Positions 16,865 to 25,949 of a stretch of 32,000 nt of DNA are shown piece after piece. How positions within the stretch are numbered: position 1 is the first letter of the stretch; every line of letters starts with the position of its first letter. The stretch lies in contig NC_014408.1 of NCBI RefSeq assembly GCF_000145295.1, positions 750,001 to 782,000 on the forward strand, given 5' to 3'. The translations under genes and the position numbers were made by a program. The DNA comes from Methanothermobacter marburgensis str. Marburg (GTDB taxonomy: Archaea > Methanobacteriota > Methanobacteria > Methanobacteriales > Methanothermobacteraceae). The notes below the pieces were generated by a model. The model was not told the DNA's origin, searched no databases, and worked only from the letters and a program-made list of their open reading frames with translations.

Positions 16865-17953
16865 ATGAGGAGAACGGGTATCGCAAACCTACCCCTCCAT
16901 GGGGGTCATCCACCTGCCTGGCTCATGAGGAGGATGGTCAAACTCTCAGGTGCCATAGCTGAGGTTATAATTGAGGAGTACGGGACCTCTGAGTTCATAT
17001 CGAGGATCTCGGACCCCTTCTGGTTTCAGGCCTTCTCCTGCACCATCGGATTTGACTGGCACTCATCAGGGACAACAACAACTACTTGCGGGGCCCTAAA
17101 ATCTGCACTTGACCCTGAAAGGCATGGTATACTGGTTGCAGGTGGTAAGGGAAGGACGTCCCGCAGGACACCGGGGGAACTTGAGGCTGCAGGGAAACTC
17201 TTTGACCTGGATTCCTCGCAACTGGTTTATTCCAGCAGGATAGCTGCCAGGGTGGATGGTAACTGTATACAGGACGGTTTCAGCCTCTACCAGCACACCT
17301 TCCTTGTTGACGCCGATGGTGAGTGGGCTGTTGTACAGCAGGGACTCAACCCTGATGGAGGATATGCCAGGAGGTACCACTGGCTTGGTTCAGGGGTTGG
17401 GGATTATGTTGACTCACCCCACAGTGGGATATCATCGGATAGGACCATGGGGAAGGTCCTTGACATGACCTCACCCACAAGCAGCGGCGCCCGTGAAGTT
17501 AGTGTTGACATCGTCTGCGATGACCCCTCACACCTCAGGGGTTACCTAACAGGACAGCGGACACTCTTTGACTTCAATGTACTTGACATGCCAGGACACC
17601 ATGAGGTTCTACCTGTGGACCTCACAGAGAGGGACATGGCTGTCCTTGAAAGGGCATATGAGATCCAGCCTGGAAACTATGAGGAACTTGTCATGATTGA
17701 TGGCCTCGGGGCCAAAAAGATCAGGGCCCTGGCCCTTGTTGCTGACCTCGTATACGGTGAGGAGGTAAGCTGGAGGGATCCTGTGAAATACAGCTATGCA
17801 CATGGCGGCAAGGACGGATACCCCTACCCCGTGGATAGGGATACATATGACAGCACAGTGAATTATCTTAAGGGTGCTCTTGAGGAGGCTAGAATTGACA
17901 GAAGGGATCGCCTTAGGGCACTTGAGTCACTTGAAAGATTCTTGAGGGTTTAG
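16865..17953 (+). CDS. conserved hypothetical protein, DUF763-like, with a C-terminal helix-hairpin-helix-like motif
   Basis: The 362-aa ORF has coding-like composition. The N-terminal 'LPLHGGHPPAWL' block is recalled as DUF763/COG1415. 'MIDGLGAKKIRALALV' fits the hxxhxGhGxxxAxxh HhH pattern. Confidence 0.75.
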   Translation: MRRTGIANLPLHGGHPPAWLMRRMVKLSGAIAEVIIEEYGTSEFISRISDPFWFQAFSCTIGFDWHSSGTTTTTCGALKSALDPERHGILVAGGKGRTSRRTPGELEAAGKLFDLDSSQLVYSSRIAARVDGNCIQDGFSLYQHTFLVDADGEWAVVQQGLNPDGGYARRYHWLGSGVGDYVDSPHSGISSDRTMGKVLDMTSPTSSGAREVSVDIVCDDPSHLRGYLTGQRTLFDFNVLDMPGHHEVLPVDLTERDMAVLERAYEIQPGNYEELVMIDGLGAKKIRALALVADLVYGEEVSWRDPVKYSYAHGGKDGYPYPVDRDTYDSTVNYLKGALEEARIDRRDRLRALESLERFLRV

Positions 17954-17960
17954 TTTTTTT
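17954..17960 (+). terminator. oligo-T tract immediately after the DUF763-like gene stop
   Basis: The stop 'TAG' is followed directly by T7 and then 'CATTTTC'. This matches the archaeal oligo-T termination signal type. Confidence 0.45.
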
Positions 17961-18062
17961 CATTTTCAGGGTTTAGGTTTTGATGTTCGTCTTCTCAGTA
18001 AGTTTTAAGTTTTACTCCAGAAAGATTATATTATTCACTGTTATGACCTATGAGGTGATGGT

Positions 18063-19154
18063 TTGGTTCAGCGAGTTCTTGTGATTTCAAACATGTATCC
18101 AGGTAAGGAAAATGTATCCTTCGGTAGTTTCATCAGGGTCCACGTGGATGCATTCAAACGTTACACGGATGTTGAACAGTTCGTTGTTGCAAACACAGAT
18201 CAGAGGAAGGGTAAGGGTAGGCTGATATGCAAGTACAGCTCCCTGCTGATTAGATCCATATGGTCTTCCATTTCAAAGAGGTTCGATGTGATCCATGCAC
18301 ATTATGCCTTCCCCACTGGCTTCATAGGGTTAATATGTCACTGGATAACCAGAAAACCCCTGGTCATAACTGTCCACGGCGGCGATATTAACAATCTTGC
18401 AAAAAGGAATCGTCTTCTCTTTAAGATCACGGCTTTTGTCCTCAGAAGGGCAGCTGCAGTTATAGCTGTAAGCACGGACATAAGGAATAAACTCGTGACA
18501 GAATTCAACGTTGATAAGGATAGGGTTCATATAATAAATATGGGGGTCAACAGAGAAATTTTCCGGCCAATGGAGAAGAGTGAAACCCGCGAAAAACTTG
18601 GTCTAAATAATGATAAAAGGATAATCCTGTTTGTTGGTAACATTATACCCCGAAAGGGGGTTCTGTATCTCCTTGAAGCCATGAGGAACGTTGATGCGGG
18701 TGATGTTCAGTGCATAGTTCTGGGGGCCCCTGTGGATACAGGATACATGAATAGGCTTACAGAAATCGCTGATTCACTGGATGCTGATGTGAGGTTCATG
18801 GAACCTGTGCCATACGAGGAGGTCGCCCTCTGGATGAACGCGGCTGATATTTTTGTTCTACCCTCCCTTGAGGAACCCTTTGGTCTTGTGGCCCTTGAAG
18901 CCCTTGCCTGTGGAACCCCAACCATTGCAACATTGGTTGGAGGTCTCAGGGAATTTGTAAGGGACTCTGAGACAGGCTACAGTGTACCGCCCATGGATTC
19001 TGCTGCAATTGCAGAGAAGATAAACCATATCCTTGACCCTGATAACAGAGAGGAGGTTGAGGCGATCAGAGAGAGGGGCCTTGCAGTGGCAGATTCCTTC
19101 AGCACAGAGAAGCAGGTGAGGCGGATACTTGAAGTTTACAGGGAGGTTTCATAG
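18063..19154 (+). CDS. GT4-family (GT-B fold) glycosyltransferase
   Basis: The C-terminal 'EPFGLVALEALACGTPTIAT' is the typical E-x7-E region of GT4 enzymes, and there is an N-terminal 'VLVISNMYP' Rossmann start. TTG 18063 lies 5 nt after 'GAGGTGAT' (18051-18058). In-frame ATGs at 18057 and 18042 are alternative starts. Confidence 0.85.
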   Translation: MVQRVLVISNMYPGKENVSFGSFIRVHVDAFKRYTDVEQFVVANTDQRKGKGRLICKYSSLLIRSIWSSISKRFDVIHAHYAFPTGFIGLICHWITRKPLVITVHGGDINNLAKRNRLLFKITAFVLRRAAAVIAVSTDIRNKLVTEFNVDKDRVHIINMGVNREIFRPMEKSETREKLGLNNDKRIILFVGNIIPRKGVLYLLEAMRNVDAGDVQCIVLGAPVDTGYMNRLTEIADSLDADVRFMEPVPYEEVALWMNAADIFVLPSLEEPFGLVALEALACGTPTIATLVGGLREFVRDSETGYSVPPMDSAAIAEKINHILDPDNREEVEAIRERGLAVADSFSTEKQVRRILEVYREVS

Positions 19155-19395
19155 ATCTCCCTCTGATAATTTATATCAGGTTATTTCATTCTGAAATTAG
19201 TGATATGTTTGTTTTTTAGCTGTCTTCTTTGTTTTTGTGTGATTCTATCCTGAAGATCTTTCGCTGCCATATTCACAGGAATTTAAAGAGAAAAATTTTT
19301 ATTACTTTTCCGGATTTCATATGCTTATAAGTAATACTTGGATTTTTTTAGTAATTATTAAATACCCTGCTGAGATACACCCAGATGGTGATAGG

Positions 19396-20075
19396 TTGGA
19401 TACAGCATACTTTCCGTTTACAGCAATCACAGGCCAGGAGATGCTGAAGGAGGCCCTCGTCCTCAACGCAGTAAACCCTGCAATAGGAGGCGTCCTGATA
19501 CGGGGGATAAGGGTACAGGAAAGTCAACTGCAGTAAGGGCCCTGAGTGACATTCTTCCTGAAGAAACATCGTGGATGGCTGCAGGTTCGGATGTGACCCT
19601 GATGGATCTGAACTATGATGGAGTGCCAGAAAAAACAAGATGCATGGGAAGCTTCAGGTGAGGTCCGCGAAAATGGAGGTTGTCGACCTTCCTGTTTCGG
19701 CAACAGAGGACATGGTGGTGGGAACCCTTGATATAAGGAGGGCGCTCCATGAGGGAATAAAGGCCCTTGAGCCAGGATTACTTGCAAGGGCCAATGGAAA
19801 CATCCTCTACATCGACGAGGTCAACCTCCTCGATGACCATGTGGTCAACGTTTTACTTGACGCAGCAGCCATGGGTGTGAACATAGTTGAACGTGAGGGC
19901 ATATCTGTGAGACACCCCTCAAGGTTCATACTTGCAGGTACCATGAACCTCGAGGACCTCAGGCCCCAGATAATTGACAGGTTCGGTTTAAGTGTGGATG
20001 TGGAGGCCCTCACTGACCCAATGAGAGGATAAATGTCATAAAGCAGGCACTTGATTTCCAGAGGACCCTGAGGAC
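19396..20075 (+). pseudogene. chlI/bchI-like AAA+ chelatase subunit, disrupted (4 frameshifts + 1 in-frame stop, C-terminus missing)
   Basis: Stitched across frames it reads '[33 protein letters not shown] | [19 protein letters not shown] | VDGCRFGCDPDGSEL* ... [19 protein letters not shown]...[57 protein letters not shown]...DRFGLSVDV | [14 protein letters not shown] | DPED'. Frame changes lie near 19503, 19565, 20022 and 20060, and a TGA lies at 19616-19618. The right boundary is approximate. Confidence 0.8.
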
Positions 20076-20822
20076 AACCACATCCTGAAGCACAACCTTG
20101 AGGACGGAACTGTGAAGGTTCCCGCAAGGATATTTGGACCGGTGCCATTGGAGTATGCAAGCACACTAACCCGAAATCATCGATGACGGAAGCTGGAACT
20201 CTGAGGATGAACTTGCATCCACCTACATGGAGGAGATGTGTTACGCCCACCTTCCTGGCGGTGTCAGGAAGGCCGGGATGAGTTCAGGAGGAACCTCCAG
20301 AGGTGGAGGTGGTGGCCCAGGAGAGGGACAACGTGGAGTACGAGGTGACCGACCTCGACCACTACTATGAATTCATGGGTGGCCTCACATCATCCATAAG
20401 GAGCCTTGGGGGTTCATGCAGCGTGAGGGTTGTGGACTCAACTGAGGACGAGCTCTACGTTGAGGGCCTTGAGGACGTCATAGGGAGGGCCGTAAGGTGC
20501 AGGATCCTCAACCCCCGCTGGCTTTACGGATGCTGGCCCATGATTATCACGGGGCAAAGAACATCAAGAACCGTGTGGAGCACCTCCTGGGCTTCTCAGC
20601 CACAACAGGGGCCGTGGAGAACGGGTATATGATGATGTTGCAGAGACACTGATACTTGACGATGAAATGAGGAGAAGGATCACAGAGAACAACCCCTTTG
20701 CAGCGGTTCGGATGGGTGAGACACTCCTTGAAACGGCTGAGAGGGGCTACTGGGACGCACCGGATGAGGTGATTGAGAGGATAGGGGAGATGGTTCTCAA
20801 CATTGAATATGAACTTGAGTAA
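20076..20822 (+). pseudogene. C-terminal ~245 codons of a cobN/chlH-like chelatase large subunit, disrupted and fused to the chlI-like remnant
   Basis: Stitched reading: 'VPARIFGPVPLEY... | EIIDDGSWNSEDELASTYMEEMCYAHLPGG | GRDEFRRNLQR | VEVVAQERDNVEYEVTDLDHYYEFMGGL...RILNPRWL | GMLAHDYHGAKNIKNRVEHLLGFSATTGAVEN | YDDVAETLILDDEMRRRITENNPFAAVRMGETLLETAERGYWDAPDE...YELE*'. This matches my memory of the CobN C-terminus ('RVFG..PG.YG', 'QNQDN.E.D.LD.DDYY.F.GG', 'NPKWI.GM..HGYKGA', 'ATTG'). The stop is TAA at 20820-20822. Confidence 0.75.
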
Positions 20823-20907
20823 TGGGTTCATATACGGATTCAGTCAATATTACCGGGAAAGAAGAAGAACATTCATTGAAGTACCCTTTTTTCTTTAACA
20901 TAGAAGG

Positions 20908-20916
20908 TTTAATATA
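20908..20916 (+). promoter_or_regulatory. candidate TATA box giving a leaderless or near-leaderless transcript for the 1203-aa kinase
   Basis: 'TTTAATATA' is preceded by purine-rich 'TAGAAGG' and lies 25-33 nt upstream of ATG 20941. The sequence between them ('CCAAGAAAAGCAATATATATATAC') has no SD-like motif. Confidence 0.4.
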
Positions 20917-20940
20917 CCAAGAAAAGCAATATATATATAC

Positions 20941-23900
20941 ATGCCATCTGCCCTTGTCGTTGAGGATGAGGCAGTAACCGCACTTGAACTTGTAAGGCTT
21001 CTTGAATCATGGGGATATGATGCGGTTTCTGTGAGTACCGGGGAGGAAGCCATTGAAACCGCCCTCAAGATGAAACCCGACATCATCCTCATGGACATAG
21101 TCCTCCAGTCAGAGGTTGATGGAGTAAGGGCCGCAAGCGCCATAAAAAGGGTCATTGATGTACCCGTGGTGTTCCTCACAGCATATTCCAGCCGGAAGAT
21201 ATTCAAGAGGGCATCTGAGGTTGAGCCGGACGCCTATCTCCTGAAGCCCTTCAATTCAAGGGAACTTGCATACGCCCTTGAACTCGCCCTGTACAAGAAC
21301 AAGATGCAGAAACTCCTCTCCCATGCCAACAGAAGGTATCAGCAGATACTGGACACAACAGGTGAGGGAGTCTGTATATTCAGTTCAGACGGAATTATAC
21401 AGTACTGTAATAGGAGGATGGCTGACTTTTTATCCTGCAGACGCGGGGACATTACGGGAAAAAGCATCTTTGATTTTGTCCACCCCGGAGACAGGAAAAC
21501 AATGGAGCGTATTTTTGATTCCTGCCGTAAGGGTGCATCAGGGGAGCGTGAGATCCGCTTCAGGGCAGCTGATGGTACCACTAAATGGATGATCCTCTCA
21601 GGCCACCCCATAACTGAGTTGTCCCAGTTCAAGGGCGGCTTCTGCATGTTCAGGGATGTAACAGAGCAGAAGATGGTTGAGAGGCGCCTTAGAAAGACAA
21701 ATAGATGCCTGGAACTTCTAAGCAGAATTAACCTTAAGGCAGCGGTTTCAACCGATCCGTCTGAACTCATGAAAGGTATATGCAAACTCCTGGTTGATGA
21801 GGGATACTCCCATGCATCATTCAGGACACCTGACGGTGTTACTGAAGGTGAGGGCCCAATACCTGATGTCAATCTGAGGGAAGGCATCCACAAAGGGAAG
21901 GGCGGGTCAACCGCGGTCATCCAGCTGGAGAACTGCAAAAAACCATTCTACCTCGTGGTTTCAGCGATGAGGAAAATCGATGAGGCGGAGATGAAATTCC
22001 TTAGGGAAATTGCCTCAAGCACAGCAGAGACCCTAAGGAGAATCACCTCAGAAAGTGAACTTGATTCCATCTCATCCAGATACCGTGAAATCTTCGAGAA
22101 TGCAGGGGACGCCATATTCCTCACGAAGGACAAAAAAATAATTGAATGTAACAGAACCGCCCTGGAACTCTTCAGGGCTAGCGAGGACGAAATAAAGGGT
22201 AAAACCCCCTGGGAACTCTCACCTGAGTACCAGAAGGATGGGAAGTCCTCAGAATTGGCCCAGGCCATTATTGAAAGGGCAATGTCCGGTGAGAGGTGTG
22301 AATTCGACTGGCTCCACAGGAAAATCACAGGTGAGGTTTTCCCCACAAGGGTTACCGTCAGCAGGTCAGGGGACCTTGTGATGGGCATAGTCAGGGACAT
22401 GACAGACCTCCACAGAGCCCATAAAAAACTTAGAACTGAACACAGAAAATTCAGGGATATCCTTGAGTCAATACCAGACCCTACATTTGCAATTGACACC
22501 GATGGAAGGGTTATAGCCTGGAACAGGGAGATGGAAAAGCTCACAGGTGTGAGGAAGGAAGAAATAATGGGTGAGGGTGACAGGGCATACGCAATTCCAT
22601 TTTACGGTAAAAGAACCCCTGGACTTCTTGAGTTCATTTTAAAACCTGAAGATGCCCCTGAAAGGTACAAAAACATCAGAATGGATGGGAATTCAATCTA
22701 CGCTGAGGTCTATGTGGGGCACATGGGAAGGCATTTCCAGATCAGGACATCTCCCATCTATGATGAACATGAGGAGGTCATAGGCGCCGTGGAGATACTG
22801 CGGGATGTTACAGATTATATTGAGACCAAGAAAAAACTCGAGAAATCAAGGGAAAGTTACAGGACAATATTTGAAAACAGGGCCACCCCAACTGCAGTTA
22901 CAGACACGGACTTCAATATTCTGAGGGCAAACAGGGTCTTTAAAGAGATCTTCGGCAGATCGGAGGGAATCAATATGGCCGATATCATCCATGAGGGTGA
23001 CCTTGAGAAACTCCACGGACTCCAGGACAAATGCCGGGCACTCATCAGGATGAAGGCCGATGATAGGATTCTCCACATGATAGTCCATAGGGGTGATATT
23101 CCAGGTTCAGGTCAGGTTGTGCTGAGCTTCAATGATATAACAAAACTCAAAATGTCCCAGCACAAGCTGAGGGATGAACTCAGGATCAGGATGGCTCTAA
23201 GTGAGATATACCCCCATGCGGTTTCTGCTGAGAGTATAGAGGAATTCACAGAGTACATACTTGATGCCGCATGCCAGGTTACAGGTGCAGAGAAGGGTGC
23301 CATAAGGCTTAAAAACAGGAGAGAAATTCTGGTATCAGGCAGCCTCAGTAATGAGGAAATTGAGGCAATTTCAGAGGATGGAATCTCATCTGCAGGGGAC
23401 AGTCTGCGTTTCAGTTCATCATCAGGGGATATGAAATCTGAGATAATCCTCACGGGCGGAGATTTCCATAAATCAGACCTGAGGGCGGTTAAACACCTTT
23501 CACAGTATTACCTCCTGGCAGTGAGGCAGCTGGCCTACAGGAAGAGGATGATGGAACATCAGAATCATCTGAGGCTCATAAATATCATACTCAAATCTGC
23601 GGAGACAGATGATCCAGGTATCTTCATGGAACGGGTTCTCGATGCCATCATAAGGTGCCCTGAATTCAGATCAGCGGCAGCCTACATTGAACCCGACCTG
23701 CGACTGGAGAGGGGAATGGATGCCCCTGAAGAACTTCCTGATTTCCCTGAAATTAAACTGCATGAAAATTTCGCTGAAATACCCATAATAGTCGATGACG
23801 AGGTTAAGGGAACCCTTAAACTGGGTTTAGAGGCCGATGAAATCCCAGAAAAAACTGAATTCCTTGAGATACTTGGAGCTGAAATCTCTGATGGAATTCA

Positions 23901-24552
23901 GAGGATAATGATGCACAGGCAGATCGTCGAATCCCTCTATGAAAAGGAGGTGCTTCTCCGGGAGATACACCACAGGGTCAAGAATAACCTCCAGATAGTT
24001 GCAAGCCTCCTCTCGCTTCAGTCAGCCTACACAGATAACCCTGAAATCCTGAATATCCTCAGGGATAGCCAGCTGCGGGTAAGGACAATGGCGGTCGCCC
24101 ATGAAAAGATATACCAGTCAAAGGCCATATCCACCATAAACCTGGGGGAATACCTCAAAACACTTGCAGATGAGATGGTCACACTCCAGTCAAACGATAG
24201 AAGATTCATAGAACTCAAGTTTGAATACGATGATATCATGGTGGAGATGGAGAGATGCATCCCCCTTGGCCTCATAACAAATGAGATAATCTCAAATTCG
24301 GTGAAACATGCATTCACAGGGGATAGGGGTAAGATAAGCGTATCCATCAGAAAAACCGGTGATAACTGTGTCCTTGAGATATCTGATAATGGCAGGGGCC
24401 TTCCAGCCGATTTCAACATAGAGGAACTCACATCCCTTGGAATGCAGCTTGTGGCAAACCTTGTAAGGCAGATCGACGGGGAACTTGAATACGGAAACCA
24501 TGATGGGGCCTGCTTCAGGATAACCTTCCCGATTATTGATAGTGGCTCATAA
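20941..24552 (+). CDS. large hybrid sensor kinase: REC - multiple PAS and GAF-like modules - HisKA_2-type kinase core
   Basis: Canonical REC ('LVVEDEA', 'IILMDIVL', 'VFLTAYS', 'LLKPF'). At least four PAS openings ('RYQQILDTTGEGVCIF', 'RYREIFENAGDAIFL', 'KFRDILESIPDPTFAI', 'SYRTIFENRATPTAV'). H-box 'EIHHRVKNNLQIVASLL', then 'EIISNSVKHAF' and 'ISDNGRGLP'. The ORF runs 3.6 kb uninterrupted. Confidence 0.9.
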   Translation: MPSALVVEDEAVTALELVRLLESWGYDAVSVSTGEEAIETALKMKPDIILMDIVLQSEVDGVRAASAIKRVIDVPVVFLTAYSSRKIFKRASEVEPDAYLLKPFNSRELAYALELALYKNKMQKLLSHANRRYQQILDTTGEGVCIFSSDGIIQYCNRRMADFLSCRRGDITGKSIFDFVHPGDRKTMERIFDSCRKGASGEREIRFRAADGTTKWMILSGHPITELSQFKGGFCMFRDVTEQKMVERRLRKTNRCLELLSRINLKAAVSTDPSELMKGICKLLVDEGYSHASFRTPDGVTEGEGPIPDVNLREGIHKGKGGSTAVIQLENCKKPFYLVVSAMRKIDEAEMKFLREIASSTAETLRRITSESELDSISSRYREIFENAGDAIFLTKDKKIIECNRTALELFRASEDEIKGKTPWELSPEYQKDGKSSELAQAIIERAMSGERCEFDWLHRKITGEVFPTRVTVSRSGDLVMGIVRDMTDLHRAHKKLRTEHRKFRDILESIPDPTFAIDTDGRVIAWNREMEKLTGVRKEEIMGEGDRAYAIPFYGKRTPGLLEFILKPEDAPERYKNIRMDGNSIYAEVYVGHMGRHFQIRTSPIYDEHEEVIGAVEILRDVTDYIETKKKLEKSRESYRTIFENRATPTAVTDTDFNILRANRVFKEIFGRSEGINMADIIHEGDLEKLHGLQDKCRALIRMKADDRILHMIVHRGDIPGSGQVVLSFNDITKLKMSQHKLRDELRIRMALSEIYPHAVSAESIEEFTEYILDAACQVTGAEKGAIRLKNRREILVSGSLSNEEIEAISEDGISSAGDSLRFSSSSGDMKSEIILTGGDFHKSDLRAVKHLSQYYLLAVRQLAYRKRMMEHQNHLRLINIILKSAETDDPGIFMERVLDAIIRCPEFRSAAAYIEPDLRLERGMDAPEELPDFPEIKLHENFAEIPIIVDDEVKGTLKLGLEADEIPEKTEFLEILGAEISDGIQRIMMHRQIVESLYEKEVLLREIHHRVKNNLQIVASLLSLQSAYTDNPEILNILRDSQLRVRTMAVAHEKIYQSKAISTINLGEYLKTLADEMVTLQSNDRRFIELKFEYDDIMVEMERCIPLGLITNEIISNSVKHAFTGDRGKISVSIRKTGDNCVLEISDNGRGLPADFNIEELTSLGMQLVANLVRQIDGELEYGNHDGACFRITFPIIDSGS

Positions 24553-24584
24553 TCACCTGCTTTTTGCTGATTATTGGCGCTTTT

Positions 24585-25826
24585 TTAACTGTTTCTTCCC
24601 ATGGCTCTTAGTATCAGCGAGTCCTCTACCTTTGCAATGAATGACCTCATCCTCAGAACCTTATCAGGGCTTGTTGATACAGCATCGACACCCATCTCAA
24701 CGAGTTTCCTCACCAGAACGTAATTTGTTGCAGCGTATCCAGCAGCATAGACCTCCACACACCTTTCATGGCACGCAACAACCACCTCCTCAACCATTCC
24801 CAGGACTGCTGGGTGTGATAGATTGAAGATACCTGCAACACGGGTGCTCCTCCTGTCCGCTGCAAGGCTGCACATGGTGAGGTCACTGAGGCCAAGTGAG
24901 ACAAAATCCACACCTTCGTCAAGGAGTTCATCTATCTGGAGTGCCATGGATGGTGTTTCAATAGATGCGCCCACCCTGAGGTCCCTGTGGGGTCTTATGC
25001 CCGATTCATCAAGGATTTCAACTGCCTGGACATATTCAGGAATATCCCTTATGAAGGGGAACTTCAGCTCAAGGTTACTGTATCCTGAATCCAGGAGATT
25101 ACTCACTGCCTCAAATTCTGCTTTCAGGACCTCAGTATCCCTGAGATCCCTTTTTATGGCCCTCATACCCAGGAAGGGGTTTCTCTCCTGGGGCTCAGTA
25201 TATCCACGGAGGTGTGTGAGTTCATCTGTCGGAATGTCGAATGTCCTGAAGCATACAGGTTTAGGGTGGAATGCTTCAAGTATCTCCTCAAGACCCCTTT
25301 CAAGAACCCTGGAGAGTTCACCTTCCTTCAAAAGCAGGTAGGGGTGTTTTCCTGTCTCTATGACCATATTCTCTATCCTTACAGAACCAACACCATCGGC
25401 AAATTCAGCAACCCTTGCTGCGAGCCAGGGGAAATTCAGGTTCACCATGACCTTTGTGGCTGTCTCATGGACCCCCATCACATCATCCCTGGACGCCCAG
25501 TCCATGACTCCCCGGTAGATGTTCCCGGTTTTACCATCCACAGTGACTATCATGCCCTCCCTGAGAACTCTGGTGGCGATCTCTGTTCCAAGTACGCAGG
25601 GTATTCCAAGTTCCCTGAGTGTTATTGCGGCGTGACTCGTGAGTCCACCGTAATCAGCTATAACGGCGGCTGCCCTTTTGATTTCAGGCAGCATATCCCT
25701 GGCTATCTTTTTGAAGACAGCCACCTCTCCCCATTCAAGGCTGCACGCATCCTCAAGGTTCCTTATTATACGCACCTTTCCGCTTCGCCTTCCGGCACCG
25801 GCACCCACACCCCTCAGGATCTGCAT
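24585..25826 (-). CDS. PEP-utilising enzyme (phosphohistidine swivel domain + PEP/pyruvate-binding TIM barrel) lacking the N-terminal ATP-grasp domain
   Basis: It starts directly with 'LRGVGAGAGRRSGKVRII' and the swivel-domain His motif 'GGLTSHAAITLRELGIPCV'. The C-terminal barrel has 'RTFD', 'NPFLGMRAI', 'ASIETP' and 'SLGLSDLTMCSLAADR'. At 413 aa it compares with roughly 750-800 aa for PpsA. Confidence 0.85.
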   Translation of the reverse strand: MQILRGVGAGAGRRSGKVRIIRNLEDACSLEWGEVAVFKKIARDMLPEIKRAAAVIADYGGLTSHAAITLRELGIPCVLGTEIATRVLREGMIVTVDGKTGNIYRGVMDWASRDDVMGVHETATKVMVNLNFPWLAARVAEFADGVGSVRIENMVIETGKHPYLLLKEGELSRVLERGLEEILEAFHPKPVCFRTFDIPTDELTHLRGYTEPQERNPFLGMRAIKRDLRDTEVLKAEFEAVSNLLDSGYSNLELKFPFIRDIPEYVQAVEILDESGIRPHRDLRVGASIETPSMALQIDELLDEGVDFVSLGLSDLTMCSLAADRRSTRVAGIFNLSHPAVLGMVEEVVVACHERCVEVYAAGYAATNYVLVRKLVEMGVDAVSTSPDKVLRMRSFIAKVEDSLILRAMGRNS

Positions 25827-25949
25827 ATGATTTATATATGTTTAATCATGTTAAAATACTATGCTCAATATGCACCACAATTCCTTCCAATTTAAACATT
25901 CCATTAAATTAAAGAAAATTTGGTATTGCTTTTAATGAAAAATTAAATT

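Noticed and set aside
19321-19395. Track N-terminus '[25 protein letters not shown]' for the chlI-like ORF
   Set aside because: ChlI-type proteins start a few residues before 'YPF(S/T)AIVGQ'. A TTG at 19396 preceded by GGTGAT (19387-19392) fits better, and the upstream part is AT-rich promoter-like sequence. The point is moot because the gene is a pseudogene.
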